Positions 28,717 through 41,956 of a stretch of 48,024 bases of DNA are shown here, piece after piece (the first letter of the stretch is position 1; each line of letters begins with the position of its first letter). Made by a program: the position numbers and the translations under genes. The stretch comes from Paraphysomonas bandaiensis (taxonomy: Eukaryota > Protista > Chrysophyceae): NCBI GenBank assembly GCA_965644295.1, contig CBFFRP010000531.1, forward strand, positions 1 through 48,024, given 5' to 3'. The notes beneath the pieces were generated by a model. The model saw nothing but the letters and a program-made list of their open reading frames with translations. It made no database searches and was not told where the DNA came from.

Positions 28717-29868
28717 CTATAGCGTAAAGAATTGACCGAAAGCACTTCCTCTACCAAACCTACTGGATGGTTGACCCGTCTTCCCATAAGCAGCGGCACT
28801 TGATCGCTGTGCAACATAGGACTTACGTTTTATATCACCATTTCCACTACCGAATAAACTTCTCAAATCATTACGCGCTCTGTTGGTACTACTGGGAATA
28901 CTACTGGGCGTTCTGCTTTTACTACTTGAAGTGCCCTGTGTCGACAGAAGTGCATACAACTGATCTCTGTCCTTACCAGTGAGCCACATCTTGGATGGCC
29001 ATTTACATTTTATAGAAACGAAAAGTTGCCCCTTCGCACCTGGAGTGGGTGATCCATATACCGGCATTCCCATATTCGGTATTACTAATACGTCACCCTG
29101 CTGCAAAACATCACCTTCTGCCCCTCGAACAGTAAATCGGCTCCCGTCAAGGTGAGTCATCTCCCGTGAGAAACCGAAGAGTGCTTCCTGTGGAGAGAGT
29201 GTTACTTCTGCCATCAGATCTGCATTGCGACGCCTGAATACAGAATGCGGTGCCTCTCTTAGACGCACTATAATATCCCTGCCACCGGCTGCCCCTTTTA
29301 GGTACACCTCCTGTCCATCAACCATACCGGGAGATATACGGATCTTAACAGGGTTTCCACTCTGTAGAGAGACTGAAACCTCCCGACCGCGGTACATATC
29401 CTCTAGTGATACTTCTAACTGCACTATCAGAGGTAGAGAAAAACCAGAAAACTCTCGGAACAGATCTCTGGCGAAGTCAGCAGCACCATCCGAAGGGCCA
29501 CCTTGATTAAACGCTGGAGATGTTCCAGCCACGCCGAATCTGTTGTATTTTTCCCGCTTGACTGGATCAGATAACACCTCATACGCAGCAACTAATTTCT
29601 TAAACTTGTCTTCACTGCCGCCTTTATCAGGATGCATTATACGTGCTTTCGAACGATATGCTTTCTTTATATCTTGCAAAGATGCATCCTTACTAACACC
29701 AAGAATATCATAATAATCTCCATCTGTTGGTGTTTTGCTTGGCTGCTTTTGAGAAAACTTTCCTCTTCCGAATCCAAAAAAATCAGAACCGACAGAGGCC
29801 GTTATGCTATAGATACATGCATTGCATATGACAGATAGCAATAGGAGTGATCGTAAGTGCATATGCAC
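28717..29868 (-). CDS. DnaJ/Hsp40 class B-like co-chaperone with N-terminal signal-like peptide, intronless
   Basis: DYYDILGV..IKKAYR..HPDKGG..AYEVLSDP J domain. C-terminal peptide-binding domain (FRRRNADL, EALFGF, MGMP). No CxxCxGxG zinc repeats. Confidence 0.95.
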   Translation of the reverse strand: MHMHLRSLLLLSVICNACIYSITASVGSDFFGFGRGKFSQKQPSKTPTDGDYYDILGVSKDASLQDIKKAYRSKARIMHPDKGGSEDKFKKLVAAYEVLSDPVKREKYNRFGVAGTSPAFNQGGPSDGAADFARDLFREFSGFSLPLIVQLEVSLEDMYRGREVSVSLQSGNPVKIRISPGMVDGQEVYLKGAAGGRDIIVRLREAPHSVFRRRNADLMAEVTLSPQEALFGFSREMTHLDGSRFTVRGAEGDVLQQGDVLVIPNMGMPVYGSPTPGAKGQLFVSIKCKWPSKMWLTGKDRDQLYALLSTQGTSSSKSRTPSSIPSSTNRARNDLRSLFGSGNGDIKRKSYVAQRSSAAAYGKTGQPSSRFGRGSAFGQFFTL

Positions 29869-30450
29869 CAGTTAATGCATGTAGAGATGTAGTGATCTAA
29901 TCGTTGTCAGGTAGAGATGGTAAATAATAGTTCCATGGGTGTTATGTGACTGGCAATGCAATGGAACGATGGAATGTAAGCAGTATATAACATGCATATA
30001 TACTATAGCTGCATGGGCCTGCTGTGTGGTGTTGTGTATTGTACCACTGTGCGTACATACTGTACGTGTACATGAAGACTATATTTGCTATGGACTTGTT
30101 TTCTAGTCATAAAATACCCGCTTTCCTAATTTATAGCAAATAAAATCCACAGTTTTTCCATCACCCATAAAACTGGGTCAAACGGAACGTAGGATGAGAC
30201 AGACAGTCGTTTCACTGCTAGATGTGTGTACATATATACATACACTGTATAGTACTCTCCCTCTATATATATGTATGTGTGTATGTAAAGTATGGATGGA
30301 TACGTAGACGTTGCTTGTGACTATCTTTCTATGTATATACATCTTTACAACTCGATAATTAAACATACACACACAGTGTACATATCTGCTTCTATCAACC
30401 ACGTCTGTGCTTATTATATAGCCAGGCGATTGATTTAAGTACCTCATACA

Positions 30451-32229
30451 ATGGCTGATATTAGCTTAGACAATCCTCTACTAGACGGAGAGGACGATGT
30501 CAGTGTTTCTCTTACTATCATCTGTATAATATAACTATTAACATACAGGATATTGAAGAGAAACCAGATCCAGCACTTAAGGCACCTGAATTATTCACTG
30601 CTGTAAAGAACAATGATACGGCAGCTGCAATGGAGATGTTAAATGAAGGGGTGCCTCCTGATTATATCGATGATACGAACTATTGGACGGTATGAATTTG
30701 GCTTATGAGTAGATGATCTTAATGTATATGTATATAAGGTTATAAATTGGGCTGCAAAAAATGGTAATGTTAAAGTTTTAAAAAAGCTGTTGGAGTGTGG
30801 AGGGAGCGCATCGTATCATGAATATAGAAATCGTGAAAAGGTAGTTCCCCTGAACGCAGAGGAAGAAACAGAGGCCGAGGATCCATCCGAAAAACAGTTG
30901 CTTACAAATACACCTTTGATGTGGGCTGCATATAAAGGCTACCCACGCATGGTATGGCTGCTACTAATAGATGGGTACAGCCCTGATGACTGTGACCCCA
31001 TGGGCAACAATTGCCTTCATCTAGCGGCCAGCTCTGGCCACGCAATGATTCTGCAGAGTCTAGTGGACGACGGTGCAAATCCATTTGTACTCAATGCGTA
31101 CAAGAACCGGCCTATAGACGTGGCTTCCAACGCAGCTTGTAAGGAGATTTTAACAACAGCTATGGAACGTTTTGCTTCTATGGACGAAGAATCCAGGAAA
31201 TCTATGCACGCCAAGAACCTTAATATGGTAAGTGTTTGACCTCTATTTCCCGTTTCTGTGTTTGATCATGTCGGAATTCAGTATGCTGAGAAAGTGACAG
31301 CACTTACAGAATCTATTGCTGCTGCTGCCAAGGTAGAAAGTCCACGTGCTTTTCGGAGCGTGGTGGATATACCTGCCGTCCTGAGTAATCTCTCAGATGT
31401 GGTTGAAGAGTCCGCACGGCTAGGAGTAGACGACGATCAGATCGCCGAGGGAAGACGGCTCCTGCGTAAGCTAGACCGAACACAGGAGCTTATGACTTCA
31501 CTCTCTAACGTTCAAAGACAAGTGCCTATCAATACTCAAGCGAAATATATAGAGCATATTCAAAGTCTAGAGAAGTGCGTTGCAAGAGCTGAGTCTGTGG
31601 GAGTGGATAGAGGGCATCTACAGTACGGTCGTGATTTGATTGTGCGTTCCCAGGCGGAGTTTCTGATATTTACAGCATTGCAGCGCCTCAAGCACGTAGA
31701 TTGTGCCGTAGACGCAAACGAGCAGGATATGATGAAGCTGAAAGCGGTAATACAAAAAGGTCAGGCGCTACAAGCCTGCGATGATTTAGTAAACGAGGCG
31801 GTGAAACGGCTTCAGAGGCTTGAAACAGAACTAGCGATGTCTCGGGCAATCCTTGCAGTGCCTGCTGTGAAGCTTCCCATTGAAGAACCTCCTGCTGACT
31901 ATTGGGGAGAGGGTGACGTCGGGAAGATCACTGAAACAGAGGAATATCCTCTCCCTCCGGCTGATAACAACGGCGAGTATCTCTGGGAACATTCGGCAGC
32001 GTATATTAAATTGGCAAACTCAATCGACAGACTCAGAGACAGTATGGATGGAGCGGAAGGTCTGGGAGCTAACCCAGATGTTATCAAGTCGGCAAGTGCG
32101 AAGTTAGCTCAAGTGGAGAAAGAGATGAAACTTCTGGATGCGAAAGACGCGGAAGACAAGAGAATCGCTGTGGAGGCTGCAGTGAAGGCAGCCAAAAAAC
32201 TCAAAAAAGGAAAGAAATCGAAGAAATAA
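30451..32229 (+). CDS. Ankyrin-repeat protein with helical C-terminal region, 4 exons
   Basis: LFTAVKNND, INWAAKNGN, NTPLMWAAYKGY, GNNCLHLAASSGH, NRPIDVA. Three GT-AG introns link the ATG at 30451 to ORFs 30790 and 31258. Confidence 0.88.
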
Positions 32230-32712
32230 ATCACAAGTTGAACATAATATAATAGAAAGAAATATTGTCTATCATCTAGTGTCAATGAAGTGTATTGTGA
32301 GTTTAGCCAGTAAGGCCTGTTGTATCAGGCTATTTATTAATTATTTGCTTGATCTGATGAGACTAAATTTGGCATTATCTTTAGAATCACTGATATTAAA
32401 GGACACACCATTATAGATTATATTTGTCGCAGTTTAACAATACTATATACCTACTTTAAAACAAGACACACAATACCACGCCGATTACAACCGTTTCGCA
32501 ATAGGACTATTTAAAACACAGAAAATGTAGTGCTTTACTACCCGACGTTTTATCGATGTACATTGTTTTCCACTCTGTGTTCTACTGATGAACAAATTCG
32601 ATTTAGAATAAGTATAGTAGGAAGCGTTTAAATTATTTAGAGACTCAACTAATTCCAGTCTTATTAAAACATAAAATAAATATATTGCCATATGACGATT
32701 CGATGCATGTAA

Positions 32713-33379
32713 CTAACACGATGATTTGTTTTTTAGTCTAGGACTGCGTCTCCTTCCCTTGGTGACAGTCTGAAACCCATCTTCGTCTACCTCTGGAGCG
32801 TGATTCTCGATAATGGTTTGCTCTTCTTCCTGTGTACATTCCTCAATAGGCTCATCGATAACATCTCCACGCTCAATTCCTTGGCTTCTACTTAATGCAT
32901 CAGCCCGTGCCTGCTCCCGATTAAGTGCATTCTGAACCAAAGTAAAGTTTCCCTCTCGTGCTTCGCGATACATCGCCAAAAGAAGCTCAGCAATCTCATC
33001 TGGACTACCATCTTCGCAAACCATAGAAAACTCCGCATCAACATAGTCTTCAATAAGCATCGATATTTCCTATCAACATATCCCCATTACATCATATATA
33101 TATATATGTGTATGTCTATGTACTCTATAGGTATGTATACTCACATCTTTGTACATTCTTCTCGGATCTTCAAACACTTTCAATATTTGATTTAATAACT
33201 CATTCGCTTTCTCAGATGAGTTGGGTCCTCCCCATTGATTATGAACAGCTAGTTCGAGTGCAGTCCATTGTCTAAAGACAGATCCCAGTCCTGTGGATAG
33301 TTATAAGATCAGAGAGATAGAGAAGGGTTGAGGGACCTTGAGTGAATGCCTCTTGAAATTGAGGGTGAGGGGAATTCAT
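32713..33379 (-). CDS. TSR2: Pre-rRNA-processing protein TSR2, 3 exons
   Basis: Spliced product contains FRQWTALELAVHNQWGG and EFSMVCEDGSPDEIA, with an acidic tail ending VDEDGFQTV. Confidence 0.92.
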
Positions 33380-33556
33380 TTGTGTGAGAAGGGGTCGTGT
33401 ATGGTGTGTGTGTTATTGATGGTAGTTGGGTTATAGGAGGCAGTGGTGTGTATATACGAGTGTACACTGATCATATAACTCCATATGACCAGAATACAGC
33501 AGAGAAGACACGGCCAATACTACAGAGAACATTATTCGTGGACACAATACACTCCC

Positions 33557-34087
33557 ACATACATACATACATACATACATACATACATACATACATACAT
33601 ACATACATACATACATACATACATACATACATACATACATACATACATACATACATACATACATACATACATACATACATACATACATACATACATACAT
33701 ACATACATACATACATACATACATACATACATACATACATACATACATACATACATACATACATACATACATACATACATACATACATACATACATACAT
33801 ACATACATACATACATACATACATACATACATACATACATACATACATACATACATACATACATACATACATACATACATACATACATACATACATACAT
33901 ACATACATACATACATACATACATACATACATACATACATACATACATACATACATACATACATACATACATACATACATACATACATACATACATACAT
34001 ACATACATACATACATACATACATACATACATACATACATACATACATACATACATACATACATACATACATACATACATACATACA
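33557..34087. repeat. (CATA)n = (TATG)n on the minus strand, about 0.53 kb, between divergent genes
   Basis: Perfect array about 180 nt from the TSR2 ATG and about 165 nt from the helicase ATG. Confidence 0.99.
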
Positions 34088-34250
34088 GCAGTGTACATAT
34101 GTGTGTCATTTTTTTCACACTGTATTTTTGAAGTGTTTCGAAGTGTGTTGGGTTGTTGTTGTGAGCATCACGCACGTCTTGTTGCAGTCTTCTTCTTCTA
34201 TGTGTTGTATACACACACATATGTATGTATAGTCATCTCCATCTCATGTC

Positions 34251-37200
34251 ATGACAGATCCCTCTAGATTCCAGAAAGGCCTTAGCGCCTCAACTGTCCG
34301 TGAAGATCTTCGCATTCGCTTCACATCGGAGCTGATGGGACTGAGAGAGGGGTCCGTCCAGGAGGTGCAGTTCCCTTCTCATCTCTCTAATACGGTCAGT
34401 CTGCATACATACATACATACATACATACATAGACATATATACGTATAGTTATATATACATACATGTGTGTGTTACATGTATAATGTGATATATACAGGAG
34501 CGGAAGTTTCTTCATCAGGTTGCACAGGAGTTGGGGCTTAAATCAAAGAGCAGAGGGAAGGGAGAGAGTCGGTTCATTACTGTAACTAAGCCTGTAGGGT
34601 CCTCTGCATGTATATCTGCACAGGGATATGAGATTACATATGAGACGAGAGGTATACTGCGACCATTAGTAGAGGCCTGTGATCGACAGCCGGTGCATAT
34701 ACAGTCATCTCATGTGCGGAGGAGCAGTAGGGGTCGTAAGGACGGTAGGGGACGTAGGGATGAGCAGCAGCACCCCTCTGCAGTCTCCGTACAGCATGTT
34801 GAGCACTTTATTAGTCGTCAGACTGTTCGCCGTAACAGTCCGGAGTACGCGTCTCTTCAGTCTTCACGCGCAGCCCTTCCTGCACATGAACACAGAGATT
34901 CGATTGTGGAGATGGTGGATAAGAACTCTGTATCTCTGATCAGTGGTGACACAGGGTGTGGGAAAACCACACAAGTTCCTCAGTTTCTGTTGGACGATGA
35001 GCGTACAGGGGCTACTTGTCGTATAGCTGTGACACAACCGAGAAGGATCAGTGCTATGACTGTATCAGAGCGCATTGCATATGAAAGAGGTGAACAGTTG
35101 GGTAAGTGATATTGCATTGTTGAATGTTGCTCACAATCTGGCGCTTTTAATAGGTGACATTGTCGGATACAATATACGTCTTGAGTCAGAATGTGGCCCC
35201 AACACGAAGATCCACTTTATGACTCCAGGAATACTACTACGGCTCCTGCAAGATGACCCTACTCTTTCCGCCTGGACCCATATTATTATAGATGAAGCAC
35301 ATGAGCGTGATCGCTACACAGAATTTTTGTTCATAGTATTGAGGGATCTCCTGCAGGCAACCCCCAAGCGCGCCAGTGTCAAGCTGATTTTGATGTCGGC
35401 CACAATGCACACTGCAAGATTATCTGAGTACTTTGGGGGTGTTCCGCATCTCCGTATAGGAAGCTCTATGTATCCTGTGGAGGAATTCTATCTCGAGCAC
35501 GTACTGCGAATCACTGGTGTCGTGGATACGCTTTCTTCATCATCCCGTCCCGCCCCTATGAAAAAGTTTCGGTGCCCTATATGTAACAACCCTGACAAAG
35601 AGTTCTTGTCGGCTGTTGAGCTTGGAACCCATGTAGCCCTATGTACTGGTTCCTCCACGATATCTTCGAGTAGCCAACAGAATGAGGAGCAACAACACCA
35701 TTATGGTAACCAGCAGCACGACGATGATGGCGATGACTACGGCACGGAATATCTAGAAGATGTTTCCTCAGCTGATGGGGGCGACAGTGATAGAGACGGG
35801 GATGACGAAGAAGGCCTTGTGCCGCGTGATGTCATTATTCCTTCTGATGTTGTGGGTGTGTCTGCTGCTGTGCCACAGTCTGTTTCAGTGGAAGATGAGG
35901 AACTTCTACGGCGTTATCAACTGACCTGGGATGATTCCATGGTTGACTTGAATCTCATATGTTCTCTTATGCAGTATGTGTTTCGTTCGGAATTTTGTAG
36001 GAACGGAGGGGTAGTGTTGGTATTTCTTCCGGGGTGGGATGATATATCAAAACTTAAACGCATGCTGGTTGACACTGGCGGATTCGGAGACACCAGAAGA
36101 TTTAAAGTCCTGCAGTTGCATTCAGGTCAGTGTATGTCATATGGCATATGCGGATATACGCAACTGGATTGATTGCTTACTCAGGTATTCCAAAGAGCTC
36201 TCAGCGAGAAGTATTCCGCCCAGTGCCCCCTGGGATGCATAAAATTGTTCTCAGTACGAATATCGCCGAGACTTCAGTCACCATTGACAACGTTACTGTC
36301 GTCATCGACTCCGGAAGGGTCAAGGAGAAGGTTTATGATCCACACATAAAGCTTTCCAGTCTGAAAGAGAACTGGATATCCCAGGTACTTGTGGTAGATT
36401 ATGTTCGTACTGCTGCTCTTATTGCCGTCACAGTCGTCAGCACGTCAGAGGAAAGGAAGAGCTGGCAGAACCCGTGCTGGTGAGTGAAGCTATGGTTTTT
36501 AATGCACAGTTCAGTGCTTCTATAGGTGTTGTGTTTCGGCTTTACTCCAGTCGCAGATTCCAGTCTTTGCCGTCTCATCAAGACAGTGAGCTCTTGCGCT
36601 CATCGCTGGAAGAGCTCGTTCTCACCGCAAAGCTGATGGGTCTTGCACCAGGACAAGGAGCGAGCGCTGATGATGGAATCCACCGTTTGTTGCTCAAAGC
36701 TATGGATCCCCCACATCCATTAGCCATCACCAATGCGGTGGAGCTTCTGCGGGCAATTGAGTGTCTCGACAAAGAAGAAAGAATCACAACTATCGGACGT
36801 ACCCTCTCTTTGTTACCTGTTGACCCCTGTCTTGGTCGAGTGATTCTTTTAGGGGCACTTCTAGGTTGTGTTGGACCGATGATTCGCGTTGTCTGTGCTA
36901 TGAGTTACAGGGATCCATTTGTTATGCCTGCCACTGACCAACAGCGTGCAGACTGCAATAGGATGAAAGCTCGTCTTGCAAGAGGTGTTCCAAGTGACCA
37001 GTTGACACTTCTTCACGCCTTGTCTCAATACGAAAGTGCCTTGAAATCTGGTGCAGGGGTAGCTCAGAGATTTTGTGACGACTACTTTCTCTCCAAAAGT
37101 ACTCTAAGCTTTGTTTCAGACCTCTGTAAACAAGTGTCACGTTATCTTGAGAACTGCACAGGTATCAGTTCAAAACACCCATTCAACTCTCGACATAGTG

Positions 37201-37925
37201 GCAGCATACCTCTACAGTGCGCCCTCATTGGTGCTGGTCTCTTATCTTCTACTGCTGCCCGAAAGAAAGGCACGAGCGTCTTTGTGACTGAAAAGGGCTG
37301 CAAAGTGAAAGTACATCCATCAAGCGTTAACGCGAAGAAAAGTCGGTCCTCGGCTTTTGCAGAGAAATGTGAAGCAGAGGTGGAAATGATCGGATACCAG
37401 GAGTTGGTTGCAATTTCAGGTGGTCCATCTCACTGTGGAGGAGCGTCTTTGCAAATGCTGTCGACTACCCCTATCAGTGTTTTCTCCTTTCTATTGTGCT
37501 GCGGCTCCCTTACTTGCGCACCGATAACTACTGAAACAGTAGAAAATGATGAAGGGGACATAGACCCCTTGACTGTGGAAGTGTTAGCTGATGGTTGGCT
37601 TGCGCTTAAAACGTCTATAGACACGTATCAGCTCATATCTTCAATTCGAGTTCATCTGATGACCGCACTAGTTACATATCTTCAATCTCCTGGTCGTTCC
37701 CTACCGCCGCACCTGGCCGCTTTGCTGGATGGAATTGTGAAAGCTTTTTCCTTCGAGCAATTCGGAGCTAGGGTCTCGGGCTCAAAGCCTCCAGGTTCAA
37801 TGTCTCCTCATTCGATCGATGCCCGTACTGCGAGACAAAGTGTGGAGGGACCCACTATATCAGGAAAGCAATCCACATATAGAACTCGTAATAAAAAAGG
37901 TAGTAAAAATGCTAAACCAAGCTAG
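34251..37925 (+). CDS. R3H-domain DEAH-box RNA helicase (DHX36/YTHDC2-like), 6 exons
   Basis: R3H: FPSHLSNT|ERKFLHQVAQELGLKSKSRG. Helicase motifs GDTGCGKTTQ, TQPRRISA, DEAHER, MSAT, FLPGWDDI, STNIAETSVTID and spliced QRKGRAGR, followed by an HA2 region. No YTH domain is recognisable. Confidence 0.93.
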
Positions 37926-38339
37926 AAGTGTAGTAACCATAGAGTTGTGTATGATATCTAACTTGTAACTAGAATGATTTGTCAAGTTATGACAACATGC
38001 ATGACTGTTTAAAATTGATTAGCTTTCAAAGAAACTGAGACCAGTTTCTAACGTATCAAAGTAAAAAATGTTACTTCAAGTGGTTGAGTGATGAGCATGT
38101 GATAGCAATATGCAATATGTAACTTAGTAACACTTACTTCTATTCACACTTAGTAACACATCATCACACGTATCACTAATATGTTACAACTTTATCGAAT
38201 TGTCATTGAATGGAAGTTTTGCGAGACATAGTGAGTAATAGCCAATTAGTTATTTCCATAACATGCTTAGTAATAAAGCTTCTGTCTTAGAAATGAATAT
38301 AATATTAGTTTCAAAAATGTGAAGTAACGAATATATAAT

Positions 38340-40182
38340 ATATGACAATGTATTGCAATATATTGTAAAATATATTGATTGTTCGACCGGCCAAAATTCC
38401 CATCAATATTGTTTCTGTTAAAGTGGCGCACAATATATTGCAATATTATGATAGTCATATAAGAGAAGATCCTTAACTGTAGGGTAAAAAATACAAGTCC
38501 ATGTATACAAATATCCGGAAAATAAGAAAAAAGCCTATTTTTGATGTTATTTTCTATTTTTTATATGTATCGCCACCTCAAACAGCACTCTACACCTCTC
38601 CACATGTATGTACAGTACTTCTCTTAATATAGTATATATATCCTATAGTGACAAGAAGAGACAACTATAGGATATAAGAATGCTTAGTGGTATGATAACG
38701 ATGAGTGCATACAAAAGTAGGGACATTTACCGCTGTTTTTGGAGTCCGGTTGAAGGTGAACCAAACAAGCACGTATGCAAAGTCTGTGGGCGCGTACGAG
38801 TGCAGAATATATCGAATGGCTACAACAACTTGAAGAACCACACATTGTCGCATGGTGAGTGGGAAGATTCAATGAAGAAGTATTTAAGGGTTGTCTGCAC
38901 CAATGGTCCCATGGATGCTTTTGTTTTTTCCAACCTTCGGACAAAGCAAAAAACATTTTTGAGTGGGTAGAGTGGATTGTGGATGAAAATCTTCCGTTTA
39001 TTTTTTGTGAGAAGAAACTAACTAGAAAGAAGACTTGTTTGGGTAAGATATGTGCTAAAACAGTTAAAAAGTACATGAAACTGTTGGAGATGAAGTTACG
39101 CGAGATCATCAAAGATATGCTGCCGCCAACATTTGGTCTAATCATGGACGGTTGAACTGCGGATTGCTACCACTACAGTGCCATATTTGCCACCTTCTGT
39201 GACCGGAATAAGATTCCTAGTCAGATATTACTATCATGTGATGTACAAGAAGATATTGATGATTGCACTGTTTTTGACGAAGATTTACCCGATGAGGAGA
39301 AGTTATATGGATTCACTGCTGCCGATTGGTTCGATAATGTTGTGAGCGTTCTCAATAAATTCGGTGTTGAGGTTAATGCTGATAATGTTTGCGATATTGT
39401 TGAGTTGATAGGGACAACTGCGCTACAAACAGAAAGCTGGCGAACGATTCCGGTAATACCTTCGGGTAATACCTTATTGAGGGACTTCGGGGCAAAGTAT
39501 CCCCTATCTGCTTTACGGAAAGAGAGCTCCATTGTTAATGATCCGAATTTTGAGAATGGAATTGCAAAAATCCAAGCAGGCGAAGAATTTGATTGGACAA
39601 GGTCTGAGAAAGATGCTGTTAGAATATATCTCCATTCAGACAGTGATTGCAACAATACAGAGGATGATGAAGCTGGCGTTGGCTATGCGGAAAAAATTCT
39701 TCAGTCAGCTCAAAAAATTAAGAAACGAAAAGTTGAAATATCTAAGTACAGGTCAACAAGTCATGTAGTATGTACTTCCAATACATGTGAACGCCTGTTC
39801 AGCGTAGCTAAACTTATCATTTCAGTGTTGCGCAAAAGTATGCATCCTTCTACACTTAATATGCTGTTGTTTCTGAAAGCTAATCGACAGTTGTGGCCGG
39901 ATGCAAGCATATTTCAAATAATTTTGGATGAATTTGGTGATGTTGACGTCAGCGATGATGGATCAGAGGATGAGGACGAGGTGGATTTTTATTAGCTATA
40001 AGCAGTTGTTACTTACTAATACTAAAAATTGAATCTACGGGTGTGTTTACTTACTGCTTAGTCATACTAATATATTGCAATATATTGTAATTGTATTGTT
40101 GAGCCTGCTTAAAATCTCCATCAATAGTATTGATAGAACGCTAACTTACAATAGTATTGCAATATATTGTTTCCTAGCCCTG
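38340..40182 (+). mobile_element. Defective hAT-superfamily DNA transposon
   Basis: Right end reads TATTGCAATATATTGTTTCCTAGCCCTG (CAGGG-type terminus on the minus strand). Paired TATTGCAATA palindromes at both ends (38345-38447 and 40070-40170). The left terminus is degenerate and no target-site duplication is identified. Confidence 0.85.
38680..39995 (+). pseudogene. hAT transposase pseudogene
   Basis: BED-finger-like CKVC...NLKNHTLSH, a frameshift near 38930, and an in-frame stop in LIMDG*T (DGWT motif). The central catalytic region appears deleted. C-terminal dimerisation motif TSNTCERLFS...LLFLKAN. Confidence 0.88.
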
Positions 40183-40838
40183 AATATATGGCCCCAGCCA
40201 AGAAAGTATATAAATCTCATATACAAAATCTAGGGAATGACCTCTTGCTAATTTGTCTTACCATCAAGGTTGACCTTAATTGTAAGAGATATGTTTCAAA
40301 ATATATTGTTCAAACCCGAGGAAGTAAGGAAGGTTGGATATTAGAATATGGATCTTATTCTAGTATATTCAGTATGTCACTTCAAGACAATGTACGAGAA
40401 TACAGTGAAATATAGTGATGTACAAATGCTGTGATGATATTGAGAAACTGAAATAGTTTGATCGTTCAAGATATGTTCAGTAACGAGAGGTTCGCATATG
40501 TAGGATATTATGCAGGGATTATAATGAGTTAGTGTTGGTTATCACAACTTCGTGTAAACGATATTAATAAATCTATCTAGTCTTACGACAAATTCTCTCT
40601 GTGATCTAGTGTAAAATGAGCGTTTCTCAATATTGGAGAAGACAGTACTAATGTCAACGAAATGATTAAATGATTAAGTGACTTTGGACCTTCGATACAC
40701 CAAATACATTACATATTACATATCCAAATTCTAGGTAAATTCAATTCAACAATATACTCCAGTTAATATACCTACATAGTCACAACAAAAGTTAACGTAT
40801 ACTAGCCTCATATATACACCCTTGATTTACGCGGCCAT

Positions 40839-41288
40839 TCATTTCGTGGAATCTTCATTAGAAATTACGGCCTTAAAGAAACCCTTTGGCTCCAGTTGCA
40901 AGTCATCATTTGTGTCAAATTGAAAGTACTGTTGATCAATCTCTGAGTCAGTAAGCTTTTCACCCAATCGAAGCAATACACGTTTAATCTGATGCTGATT
41001 AATAGTCCCGACAAGATCCTTATCAAACACATCGAATGCTTCTTGCATCTCAGCCCGACACCAGCTATCCGTAGACAACGTCATCGCCACTATGATGCTC
41101 ATGTATTCCTGAAAACTCACTGGTTTGGATGATTGCCCTCTCTCTATAAGTCTACCATCAGGCTCTATGCCATGAGCCTTCAGAGCCAAGAGGAGCTGAG
41201 ATCCTGATATCTGACCCTCGTCATTCTCATCAAGCATCTTGAATGTGTCCATGAATTCATTGTTGAGATCATCGCTGAGTTGTGCCAT
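40839..41288 (-). CDS. Calmodulin-like EF-hand protein with degenerate loops, intronless
   Basis: 149 aa. EFMDTFKMLDENDEGQIS, EMQEAFDVFDKDLVGTIN, LGEKLTDSEID. Confidence 0.9.
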   Translation of the reverse strand: MAQLSDDLNNEFMDTFKMLDENDEGQISGSQLLLALKAHGIEPDGRLIERGQSSKPVSFQEYMSIIVAMTLSTDSWCRAEMQEAFDVFDKDLVGTINQHQIKRVLLRLGEKLTDSEIDQQYFQFDTNDDLQLEPKGFFKAVISNEDSTK

Positions 41289-41397
41289 GAGAATGAGTGC
41301 TTAAGACTCAATCACCAGGAACGAATGAATATAAGCATATATATACACATACAAGACAACATAACAACACCACACCCCAAAAACAGAAACAGACACA

Positions 41398-41916
41398 TAT
41401 ATGTGTATGTATGTATGTATGTATGTATGTATGTATGTATGTATGTATGTATGTATGTATGTATGTATGTATGTATGTATGTATGTATGTATGTATGTAT
41501 GTATGTATGTATGTATGTATGTATGTATGTATGTATGTATGTATGTATGTATGTATGTATGTATGTATGTATGTATGTATGTATGTATGTATGTATGTAT
41601 GTATGTATGTATGTATGTATGTATGTATGTATGTATGTATGTATGTATGTATGTATGTATGTATGTATGTATGTATGTATGTATGTATGTATGTATGTAT
41701 GTATGTATGTATGTATGTAGGTATGTAGGTATGTAGGTATGTAGGTATGTATGTATGTATGTATGTATGTATGTACGTATGTATGTATGTATGTATGTAT
41801 GTATGTATGTATGTATGTATGTATGTATGTATGTATGTATGTATGTATGTATGTATGTATGTATGTATGTATGTATGTATGTATGTATGTATGTATGTAT
41901 GTATGTATGTGTGTAT
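41398..41916. repeat. (TATG)n microsatellite with TAGG and TACG variants
   Basis: Between the divergent CaM-like ATG (41288) and the membrane gene ATG (41957). Confidence 0.99.
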
Positions 41917-41956
41917 CTATGCATATCATTGTTAGTTATTCTTCGTAGGTGTTAAT

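Noticed and set aside
39150-39158. TGA at a conserved Trp (DG*T) as evidence for an alternative genetic code
   Set aside because: Host genes use TGG for Trp and TGA as a stop (CDK, AMT), and the element has other disabling lesions.
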